A stretch of 32,528 nt of DNA from a virus (Duplodnaviria; Heunggongvirae; Uroviricota; Caudoviricetes; Crassvirales). How positions within the stretch are numbered: position 1 is the first letter of the stretch; each line of letters begins with the position of its first letter. The notes below the pieces were generated by a model. That model was not told where the DNA came from. It made no database searches and saw only the letters and a program-made list of their open reading frames with translations. Made by a program: the position numbers and the translations under genes. The stretch is taken from IMG/VR virus record IMGVR_UViG_3300025288_000016, positions 64,431-96,958 of that record, one strand, 5' to 3'. Positions 1 to 9,323 of the stretch are shown one piece after another.

Positions 1-1586
1 TGTAATATTGGGTTAAATTCACTAATAGGTTCATTTTTAATATCTTCAAGCATTTGTTTGTAAGATTCAGCATGTCTATCTATTGTAGCATCAGAAACAT
101 TAGCTCTTTTTTCTCCTCTTTCTATTTGTAATTTTATTCTTTGTTTAGCTAATTCAGGGTTTAACTCCATTAATTTATATTGAATATTAGCATTAGGAAT
201 TTCCTTTTTAATGGCTTCAATAAAAGGTAATCTTTTTTTTTTAGTTAAATTAGTAGTATCAAATACAACTTGTTTACCTTGTTTAATTGCAGTTACAGCT
301 CTTTTAGCTGCTTCTTCATAAATTTCTTTATCTTTAGATTTATTATTTATATCCCCTGTAAATTCTACTCTCATAGTATCAGGTTCTATAACTACTAAAT
401 TTTCTTGGGGTAAAGATTTTATAAATGTAGATTTACCACTACCACTTATACCAATAGGTAGTATTACATTAGGTTTTTCTAAAATCTGTGAATTATTATC
501 TTGATTTACAAACTCTTTAAATCCATCTATATCTGACTCAGAACCTAATATGTGTATTTGTTCTGGTTCAAATACTCCTATAGTATCTCCATGTTGGGAC
601 TCTATTTTATTATTTAACTCTTTTTGTTTTATAATATCATTTTCAATCAATTCTTTTGTAGATAATGTTTCTAAACTTTTAGCATCAAAAATATCTTTTA
701 AAATAAAGCCATCTTTATTTTTTAAATCTAGTTTTTGAACATCTGTAAATTTATTCTTTCTTTTTAATCCAAATCCTTCATCTTCTAAATTTTGTTCTAG
801 TACTTTAGGATTTTTTAAATTTAATACTACTTTAACTACATTACCATAAGTTTTTGCACTTTGAATAGACGAAGTAAAATAGAAAGCCTTGGGTTGTCTA
901 TAATCATTTTTATTATTATTAATAGTAGATTTTCCTATACTTTCTTTACTAAATATATCTTTTACAGTTCCACCATGATAAACAATATCTTTCACTTTAC
1001 TATCAGGAAATATAGTATCTAAGTATTGAGAATATTGCTGAGGTGTACCTATTTTAGCTAATTTAGGATTAGAATTAAATAATTCTTCTACATCTTTGGT
1101 ATTAGTAGAAGATGCTTTATCTGTAACTGAATTTAAAATTAATTGTTTTTGTTCTTTAGGTATTTGGAGTTCTGTTAAAATTCTATCTAAAGACCAATTA
1201 TTCTTTTTCCCTTTAGTAAAAGTTTGTTCACCTTTAGTAGAAGATAGTATATCTATAGCTTTTAAGGTATAATTTACATTATTATATTGTATAGGTGTAA
1301 TCTTATATTCATCTACAGCTATTTGTAATATATCAAATAATTTATTATTAGGTTCAGCTCTAAGTATATATCTATAACTACCATCCAAATTTTTAACATA
1401 TTTAGATTGTGTTCTAAATAATTGTTCATTATTAGGAGATGTTATATTATATTTTTCAGAAGCTAACAATGTTAAAGCTTCATTTAATTCATTAAATTTA
1501 TTTAAATCTTTAACAACTCTAGCATCTCCTAAAGCACCTTGTTCTTTAAGATATTCTAATGATTTTATTTCTATTTTACAACTCAT
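1..1586 (-). CDS. Polyvalent cargo protein (partial, >=528 aa): N-terminal region, ART-PolyVal-like ADP-ribosyltransferase fold, AAA_33/PNK-like P-loop kinase
   Basis: Manual translation from ATG at 1586 (MSCKIEIK...) has no stop before base 1. ART-like motifs: IVYHG (972-980), AFYFTSS..AKTYG, VVLNLKNP, DGFI, VFEPEQIHILG. Kinase motifs: GISGSGKST (426-452), EPDTMR, VVFDTTNL...R. Absent from the ORF track. Confidence 0.85.
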   Translation of the reverse strand, partial: MSCKIEIKSLEYLKEQGALGDARVVKDLNKFNELNEALTLLASEKYNITSPNNEQLFRTQSKYVKNLDGSYRYILRAEPNNKLFDILQIAVDEYKITPIQYNNVNYTLKAIDILSSTKGEQTFTKGKKNNWSLDRILTELQIPKEQKQLILNSVTDKASSTNTKDVEELFNSNPKLAKIGTPQQYSQYLDTIFPDSKVKDIVYHGGTVKDIFSKESIGKSTINNNKNDYRQPKAFYFTSSIQSAKTYGNVVKVVLNLKNPKVLEQNLEDEGFGLKRKNKFTDVQKLDLKNKDGFILKDIFDAKSLETLSTKELIENDIIKQKELNNKIESQHGDTIGVFEPEQIHILGSESDIDGFKEFVNQDNNSQILEKPNVILPIGISGSGKSTFIKSLPQENLVVIEPDTMRVEFTGDINNKSKDKEIYEEAAKRAVTAIKQGKQVVFDTTNLTKKKRLPFIEAIKKEIPNANIQYKLMELNPELAKQRIKLQIERGEKRANVSDATIDRHAESYKQMLEDIKNEPISEFNPIL

Positions 1587-1596
1587 TTTTTATTTA

Positions 1597-2094
1597 TTAA
1601 TCTAATAATGTTTCTCCTATATAATTATCAATTATTAACATATCATTACTTAATGCTAATATATCTAAATTAGTAATAGCTTTTCCTATTTCTTCTTGTT
1701 GTTCTTTACAATATTTTAAAGCTAAACTATATAATATATGATTATTTAATTTTAAAGCTTCTGAAGCAAGTTCTTCACATTCTTTAGTAATAAGTAGTTC
1801 ATATTCTAATGTTGCTTCAAATACATCTTGTAATGTATTTAATTCAATAACTGGAGAGCTTAATGGCATTAGAGTAGGTGTAATACCATAATCTAATAAA
1901 AAAGATTTAGCCCAGTCAGAATGATTATTTTCTTCATTAGCATATATTTTATATAATTTTGAAGTATTTAAATATCCATTATCATTTAACCATAAAGACA
2001 TTTGTTCGTATAATCTAGAAGACTCTTCTTCTTTTTTAATACGATATTCTAAAATATCAATTACTTTTTTATCAAGTAATACTGTTTTTTTCAT
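1597..2094 (-). CDS. Ferritin (non-haem, FtnA-like)
   Basis: 165 aa. Ferroxidase-centre pattern: EEESSRLY, EENNH, LEYELLIT, EQQEE. Confidence 0.85.
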   Translation of the reverse strand: MKKTVLLDKKVIDILEYRIKKEEESSRLYEQMSLWLNDNGYLNTSKLYKIYANEENNHSDWAKSFLLDYGITPTLMPLSSPVIELNTLQDVFEATLEYELLITKECEELASEALKLNNHILYSLALKYCKEQQEEIGKAITNLDILALSNDMLIIDNYIGETLLD

Positions 2095-2117
2095 TATATT
2101 TATTATTAATTATTTTT

Positions 2118-5100
2118 TTAACATGGATTTGTAAAATCAAAACCTATATTTTTTAATATATGTTTACCATTTCCTAATTTACTATTAGTATTTAAAGTTT
2201 TAGATAATTCAGCTGGTATATCTTTTAATCTTGTGATATATGATGGTAAAACTTTTCTAGAATTTAAATCTAAAATAGTCCATCCTTGTCTTTTAACAGT
2301 ATATTTATTAATACCTTCAGAATTTTTTTCTGTATTAAAACCTAAATTAAAATTAGTAGCAACAAATTTAACATTAGGTTGATTTTTTATTTCAATTGGA
2401 TATGCTTCTAATTCTATATCAATATCAGTTATAGGATGTTTATATTTAAATATTTCTTTTTTCTGAATTACTTTTATATCTTCTTCTTTGATATTTAAAG
2501 AATCATTTTCTACAAAAGTACTATTATTTTCTGAATTATCCAAATTTTCAATTGGTTCATTTATAACTTGTTTAGTTATAGTAGAATTTTCATTATTAGT
2601 AACTACCATATTACTGTTATATTCATTTATAATTGTATTATCTTTTAATATAGAAAGATATACTTCACTATTTATAGAAGAAGGATTAATTCTATTTTTA
2701 GGAAATATACTTAAAAAGTTTTTACCATTATTATGACCTAAAGAATATTCAACTATTTTATTACCTTTATTATCTTTATATCCTAATAAACTAGTTCTTA
2801 AATAATAAGCTTTATCTTTTTTAGTTCCTACAAGTTTGTAATAATAAGTATAAGGTTCTTCCATTTCTTTTTCAAATATAATTTTTGTTAAATATGGAAG
2901 TTTATCTCCTTTTTTAATATCAGATAAATAACCTGTTTGGTAATTATCACCTTTAGAAATAGGATTTATTTGACTTATAAAAGTTCTAATAGTAGTAGTA
3001 TTATCATCATAATTATTTCTATGAAATTGGTCAATAAAATTATTATCAATAAAGTTATTATAATCAAAAGTAATTTCTTTTAAATAACTATTAAATCTAT
3101 TTTTATTAAACCATTCATAAGGTATATATTTATGAAATTGATTTATATTATTATTAAAACCTGATATTAGATATGAATATTTAACTAATTTTTCAGCAAA
3201 TTTGGGGTGTGAATCAAATAAATCTTTCCATGAATCTGTTAATTCATTTTGATAAGATACAGATTTTCTAACACTAGGTAAAGAGATAAATGAATACCCA
3301 TCTAAAGAACTAGATTTAATATATAATTCATTAATAATAGTATTATTTTTAAGTTCACTTTTTATTTCCTTTAATTCGCTAGGTAGATTTTTAATTAAAT
3401 CTAATTTTTCTTCACTAGTTGTTTGTAAAGCTGGAAAACTAGATAATATATAAGAGTAATAAGTCTTTTCTAATTTATCAGCTAATTCACTATTTTGAAG
3501 TTTCTGACCATATAAACCATCAGAAATAACATTAAATGTAGATATAGTTGTATTATTAGCACTAAAAAAATATTTAGGATTAGCTTTCATAATACTATAT
3601 GGAAAATTTAATCCATTTTTAATTACAATATTTTGATGAGTGTCTATATTTTTTCTATGTAATTTAGAAGTAAATCCTTGTAATGAATTTTTTTTAGACT
3701 CATTATTTCTAATATTTCTAATTTTATTAATAGCTATAATTAAAGAGTTTATATTTTTACCTTTACCTTCTACATCTATTTTACTAGCACTAACATTAGC
3801 AGATAATTTTTTAGCATCTTTTATCCATTCTTCAAATTTTTTAATAACTGATAATTGAATATCTATATTAGAATCAGTATTTTTTATTTCATTTCTTAAT
3901 TCTTTTAAACTTATATCACTAAAATTTCTAGGTATTACTTCAAATATACTTTCATAAACATTAACAAATTCTTCTTTTAAATTTTTAAGTTCTTCAACTA
4001 ATTTTGGATTATTTTTTAAATCACTAGATTTTAATTTAAATGTAGTTAAAAATTTTCTAGAAATATCTCTAAATAAATTATCTTTACTAGTATTATAAGC
4101 TATTAAAGATTCTTCAGATTTACCAAGAGGAAAGTTACCAATTTGTTTAATCTGATTAATATTAATTAATTTATTAAAAAGTTTTCTTTTATTTATAGTA
4201 ATGTTATTAATAACTATTTTTTCATCAGAAATATTTTCAGAAGCTTTTCTTAATTTAAATTTTTCATTAATTCTACTAGTATCATTAATACTTTTAGATT
4301 CTTGATTAGTTTTAAATTTAACATAATTTTTAAGAATAGGTTGTGATAAAAAAGCATTAACTTTAAAAGGATGTACTCCTGCCCTAATAAGCATAAATCC
4401 TAAATCATTAGTTTGAGTAACCCAGTTACCTTTAACAATATAAGAGTCTTTAGCAATATCAACAAAACCATTAACAAGCATCATCATAGATACATTTAAC
4501 TTAATTTTATTAAATTTCTGAGCTTTCTCTAATGTAATATATTCATCATTATTTAAACCTTCATTAAAAGACTCTATATATTCTTTTAATTCTTTAGAAT
4601 TTAATTCTTCAGACCATTCTTCATCAAATTTAGTACCAGAGCCATTATCATTACCCCATCCTAAAAAATGATTAAAATATAAATTACCCATTGAACCTCT
4701 TACAGAATCAACAAGTTGGTTAATATTTTGACCTAAACCAGCTTTACCTAATCTAAAGTCATTTTTTAATTCTAAATCACTAATAGCATCAAAAGACATT
4801 AAATCTTCTATGGGTTTATCTGGAAATAAATTTTTTATATCTTTTTCTATAAAATCTAAATCAATAGGATTCATTACATCAGGTAATACTTTTTCATTAG
4901 TTAATACCGCCTTATATGCTTTAATAAGTCTATTTTGTAAAGCTTTTTTAGATTGTTGATATAATGGATTAATTTCACCATTTTCATCTTTAGATAAATG
5001 AACATACTGTAATTTATCAGCTATTAATTTTTTGTCTAAATATTCATTATTAAAATCATTATAATATTCATTATTTAAATCATTATCTCCTAATAATATA

Positions 5101-8100
5101 TTATTTATAAATAAGTCATATATTTGTTCTCTATCTAATATATCAATATTTTCTCCAGATTTAGATAAAATACTTTTAATAACATTAAAACTTAATTGAC
5201 TATCTTTAATATATTGTTCAGCAAATAATTTATCTTTTTTATGAAATATTACATCATAAGAAGGTATCATTAAATACATCTTATCAATATCAAAGTCAGA
5301 ACCAGTTTTAGTAGTAATACCAGTATAAGCAATAACAGTATCACCCATCTCTTCTGGTAATATACCCATTACTTGTAATGCATCATTTGAAGGTAAACCT
5401 TGATTAGGAATTCTATATCCTATAATATTTTGTAATATTTCTTGGTCTATCTTACCACCTTCATATTTACCAGTTTCTTCATTTAACTCACCAAATAGTT
5501 CTTTAGAAGATAATTGTTTATAATTAGGTATATATTTAGCAATAAAAGAGCCTGATAAAAATATTCCTGCTGGAGATAAACTTTTTTTACCATTAACTTT
5601 TCTATAACTACCTAATTTATTTTCATCAAACCAAGGTGTAAATATCATATTTTTACCAATAGCATCTTCTTTAGAAAGACCATAATCAGCCATTTGTATA
5701 AATCCACCACCATTAGTTTGTATTTTAACTAATTCTTTATTAATAATAGAACTAAACACATTTTGAAACATTTGAAAAGCTCCAGGAATACCATAAGGAG
5801 ATAAACCAGCTTCTAATGCTTTAATAAAATTTGAGGGTACATCTTTTCTAGTTTTTAATTGGTCTATTAAAGAATTATATAAACTTTCTTCATTATTTAT
5901 TTTAAATGTATTTGGATTTATTCCAAATCTATTAATTATATTATTTTTACCTTTATCTGAAAGAGCTCCTACAATATTATTAATATAATCAATTAAATCT
6001 GTACCTTTTATAATACTATTATCTAATTCAAAATCTTCATTTAAATTAAATGCTAAACCTTGAAATATATTTTTTTGTATTTGAGAACCTATATCCGTAG
6101 ATTTTATACCTTTAGTTGGTAAATCTTGTTGTAATTTCCAATTAGAATTATCAAGTTTAATTTTATTTAAACTAAAATTATCAATTACATCACCATTTTC
6201 ATTATGAGTAGTTACTGGTATTGGAGAACCTACTTTAATACCATCTTGGGTTATTAGTTCATGTATTTGGTCATTATAAGGCATAGTATCACCATTAGCA
6301 TCTTTAGTCATTTTATTAAATAACTTCTCTAATCCAGTACCTTTAATTAAATTAGGTACTAATACAGCTTGAGAATACTTTAAAAATGTAGGTTCACCTT
6401 TTTCATTAATTCCAAAATATACACCTTTTAATGGTTGAGCTACTAATTTTAATTCTTCATTAGTAAAAGTAGGAGTAATTTCAAACATCTTATTATAAAC
6501 AGATTGTCTCTTAGAGTCCCATTTACCTAGTTTTTCTAAAATAAATTTCCAACGTTCTGGAGTTATCCAAGCTTGCGCATCTGTACTATTAATTTTATTA
6601 TTAGCATATTTTTGAATTATATCTTTTGGTAAATATTCACGCATTTTATCTAAATCTTGAGCACTAATTTCTACAGATTTAATAATAGAAACATTAAAAA
6701 ATCTTTCATTAGCTTTAGGGTTAAGCCTCATATATAAACCATCAGTATAACTAGCAGGTACTCTTTTTTTATAATCTGTAATATTTTTATAGTAAGCAAC
6801 ATCACCAGTAAACATTTTAGAATATTCTACTTGTGAAATAACACTATTAATAAATAAATCACCTGCTATTTGTAAAGGAGCTTTTTCTTTATTAGATTTA
6901 TTTACATACCAATTATAAATAGATTCATCTAAAGTTTTATTTACTCTTTCACCATTTTCATTTAATTCAAATATACTATTTTCATATAAAGAATTATAAG
7001 TATTTTTTATACCTTTTATTAGAAAATTATTAATTAATTGACTAATTTCATCTTCAATAATATCTAAATTATCATAAACAGGTTTTCCATCTATATCATA
7101 TAATATAATATCATTATTTTCTTTATCTTTAATATTTAAATTAGGTAAAGATATTATACCATTTTTAATTTTAATAGATAATGAAGGAAATAATTGTGAT
7201 TGTAATGCATTTTTAGAACCTAAATGATAATTTGGTAATAAATTTTCACCTAATTGAATCATTTCATATTCATAACGTATTCTATTATAATCAGATTTAA
7301 AATAATTATAAAATACTTTTGTTATATTTGAATCAATTACAGTTTTACCATTTTCATTTCTAGTATTGGCATATTTATTAAATATTCCTTGTCTATCATT
7401 TCCAAAATGAATTTGACGTTCTGTAGCTTTATCTGCTGCTAATGCAGTTTTATGATAAGTTTTACCACCTTTTCTAGAATTTAATACTTTATGTATATAA
7501 TCATTAAAAGAATCAGTATAAGATAATTCTTTATTATCTACAGCATTTACAGAATCTCCTTCTAATTGTACAGAATTAAATATATTACTTTCTATTTCAG
7601 ATAGTCTTTTTTTAGATTCAGCTAATCTTTCATTTTCATCTAAAATTTCAGAAGCTGTTAAATAATACATCCAGTCTGAACCTTTATTATATTCAGTAGA
7701 TAAAAAGAATTTATATAAAGAATTAGGGTCTTTTTTCCATCTTTCTATTCTTAAATCAATATAAGAAGGTAATGAATAAACCCATTTAGTCTTACCAGTA
7801 GTAAATACAGAAGCATCTGAGCCTTCAGACATATAAAACGCTTCAGCTTCAGACATTTGTCTAAAAATATTTTGATTACTAAAAAAATCTTCTTTAATAT
7901 CTTTATAGTTAATTAAACCAAAAGATATATCTGTAAAAGTTTTATTTAATTTATTAATTTTTTCATTAAGTGAAACTTCATTATAATTTAAATTATTAAT
8001 ATAATAATTAAATCCTTTTTCTGTAAATTCTACACCTAATTTATTTAATATTTCTTTTATATTATTTAAATGAGGTATTAAATCAAGTTCACTTTTAATA

Positions 8101-9323
8101 TTTTTTAAATCATTTCTAAAATTATCTAATTTATTATTAGTTTCTATATTTAAATTATTTATACCTACAGTAGTTAATTTCTTATTTAAAAAATTAAATT
8201 CCCATTGAGACATTAGTGCACCTTTTCTACTACCTACATCAGATAAATTTCTAATAATAGTATTTCTGCTACCATCTTTATTTGTAACTGTTTCACTACC
8301 TAAATAATTATTTTTATATAATGTAAAAGCTGAACTAAATTGATTTTTAAAATTATTATCATTACTTATTTTACCAGAACTTAATAAATTATGTAATTTA
8401 TTAAAATATGGTTTAACATTTGATAATTCTTTAATAATATCTAAATAAATATCAAAAATATCTTCTGTTTCTAAAGCAATTTGATTACTTAAAGCTTTAT
8501 TTAATGTATTATAAATATCATCAAAAGGTATAAATTCATATTCATCAAAATCATTTGTTTCTTCAGAAGTGATTAAAGATAAAAATAGTTTAATATTATT
8601 ATTTACATTATTTTTAGTACCTTTTAAAAAAGATTCTTGGCGCATTAATTCATCAGGAACTAATTCCTCACCTTCTCTAGCACCATCTTCATCTTCAGAA
8701 ATATCATCTTCTTTATAATTAATTTTTAAACTAGAAAAATAATCTTTAACTTCATTAACCCATTCATTTAAATATTGAGCAGATTGTTCTAATGCTATAC
8801 CTTTTACAAATATATCAGGATTTTCATTAGTTTGTAATTGATTAGATTTTGTTGTTATAAATTCTTTTAAAAAATCTCTAAGATGTTTACTACTTTTTTT
8901 AGTAAATTCTAAAGTTTCATAATTAAAATCTATATTAGAAATATAAAAATTAGATGCAGCAATTTTAGCAAATCTTTTAATATCATTTGTGTCAAATACA
9001 GACCTAATACCTTGGTCTTTATAAGGATAAAATATAGGTTCATTACTTTTATCTAGAAAATAATATTTATTTAATTTTTTATTAAAAAATAATTTAGGTT
9101 CATTGTTTTCATCTAATTTATCTTGAAAAAATTTAGTATCTTCAAAAGATTTTTCTTTAGTATTATGATAAGTTATATAATCACCAAATATTTTTATAAA
9201 TTCTGGTGTTCTAAAATAAGCTAATAATTTATCAGCTTCTTTTTCATCTTTAGTAATTTTAAATAACTCATTAAATAATAATGATGTTTCTTTATTTGTA
9301 TTTGATAATCTTATACAACTCAT
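2118..9323 (-). CDS. Virion-packaged RNA polymerase (phi14:2 gp66-like), about 2401 aa
   Basis: GSDFDIDK catalytic loop (DFDID at 5283-5297) preceded by GYRIPNQG; also KRV.....T and TDAQAWIT motifs. Start reassigned to the ATG at 9323 (MSCIRL), which forms an ATGA overlap with the upstream stop. Confidence 0.9.
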   Translation of the reverse strand: MSCIRLSNTNKETSLLFNELFKITKDEKEADKLLAYFRTPEFIKIFGDYITYHNTKEKSFEDTKFFQDKLDENNEPKLFFNKKLNKYYFLDKSNEPIFYPYKDQGIRSVFDTNDIKRFAKIAASNFYISNIDFNYETLEFTKKSSKHLRDFLKEFITTKSNQLQTNENPDIFVKGIALEQSAQYLNEWVNEVKDYFSSLKINYKEDDISEDEDGAREGEELVPDELMRQESFLKGTKNNVNNNIKLFLSLITSEETNDFDEYEFIPFDDIYNTLNKALSNQIALETEDIFDIYLDIIKELSNVKPYFNKLHNLLSSGKISNDNNFKNQFSSAFTLYKNNYLGSETVTNKDGSRNTIIRNLSDVGSRKGALMSQWEFNFLNKKLTTVGINNLNIETNNKLDNFRNDLKNIKSELDLIPHLNNIKEILNKLGVEFTEKGFNYYINNLNYNEVSLNEKINKLNKTFTDISFGLINYKDIKEDFFSNQNIFRQMSEAEAFYMSEGSDASVFTTGKTKWVYSLPSYIDLRIERWKKDPNSLYKFFLSTEYNKGSDWMYYLTASEILDENERLAESKKRLSEIESNIFNSVQLEGDSVNAVDNKELSYTDSFNDYIHKVLNSRKGGKTYHKTALAADKATERQIHFGNDRQGIFNKYANTRNENGKTVIDSNITKVFYNYFKSDYNRIRYEYEMIQLGENLLPNYHLGSKNALQSQLFPSLSIKIKNGIISLPNLNIKDKENNDIILYDIDGKPVYDNLDIIEDEISQLINNFLIKGIKNTYNSLYENSIFELNENGERVNKTLDESIYNWYVNKSNKEKAPLQIAGDLFINSVISQVEYSKMFTGDVAYYKNITDYKKRVPASYTDGLYMRLNPKANERFFNVSIIKSVEISAQDLDKMREYLPKDIIQKYANNKINSTDAQAWITPERWKFILEKLGKWDSKRQSVYNKMFEITPTFTNEELKLVAQPLKGVYFGINEKGEPTFLKYSQAVLVPNLIKGTGLEKLFNKMTKDANGDTMPYNDQIHELITQDGIKVGSPIPVTTHNENGDVIDNFSLNKIKLDNSNWKLQQDLPTKGIKSTDIGSQIQKNIFQGLAFNLNEDFELDNSIIKGTDLIDYINNIVGALSDKGKNNIINRFGINPNTFKINNEESLYNSLIDQLKTRKDVPSNFIKALEAGLSPYGIPGAFQMFQNVFSSIINKELVKIQTNGGGFIQMADYGLSKEDAIGKNMIFTPWFDENKLGSYRKVNGKKSLSPAGIFLSGSFIAKYIPNYKQLSSKELFGELNEETGKYEGGKIDQEILQNIIGYRIPNQGLPSNDALQVMGILPEEMGDTVIAYTGITTKTGSDFDIDKMYLMIPSYDVIFHKKDKLFAEQYIKDSQLSFNVIKSILSKSGENIDILDREQIYDLFINNILLGDNDLNNEYYNDFNNEYLDKKLIADKLQYVHLSKDENGEINPLYQQSKKALQNRLIKAYKAVLTNEKVLPDVMNPIDLDFIEKDIKNLFPDKPIEDLMSFDAISDLELKNDFRLGKAGLGQNINQLVDSVRGSMGNLYFNHFLGWGNDNGSGTKFDEEWSEELNSKELKEYIESFNEGLNNDEYITLEKAQKFNKIKLNVSMMMLVNGFVDIAKDSYIVKGNWVTQTNDLGFMLIRAGVHPFKVNAFLSQPILKNYVKFKTNQESKSINDTSRINEKFKLRKASENISDEKIVINNITINKRKLFNKLININQIKQIGNFPLGKSEESLIAYNTSKDNLFRDISRKFLTTFKLKSSDLKNNPKLVEELKNLKEEFVNVYESIFEVIPRNFSDISLKELRNEIKNTDSNIDIQLSVIKKFEEWIKDAKKLSANVSASKIDVEGKGKNINSLIIAINKIRNIRNNESKKNSLQGFTSKLHRKNIDTHQNIVIKNGLNFPYSIMKANPKYFFSANNTTISTFNVISDGLYGQKLQNSELADKLEKTYYSYILSSFPALQTTSEEKLDLIKNLPSELKEIKSELKNNTIINELYIKSSSLDGYSFISLPSVRKSVSYQNELTDSWKDLFDSHPKFAEKLVKYSYLISGFNNNINQFHKYIPYEWFNKNRFNSYLKEITFDYNNFIDNNFIDQFHRNNYDDNTTTIRTFISQINPISKGDNYQTGYLSDIKKGDKLPYLTKIIFEKEMEEPYTYYYKLVGTKKDKAYYLRTSLLGYKDNKGNKIVEYSLGHNNGKNFLSIFPKNRINPSSINSEVYLSILKDNTIINEYNSNMVVTNNENSTITKQVINEPIENLDNSENNSTFVENDSLNIKEEDIKVIQKKEIFKYKHPITDIDIELEAYPIEIKNQPNVKFVATNFNLGFNTEKNSEGINKYTVKRQGWTILDLNSRKVLPSYITRLKDIPAELSKTLNTNSKLGNGKHILKNIGFDFTNPC

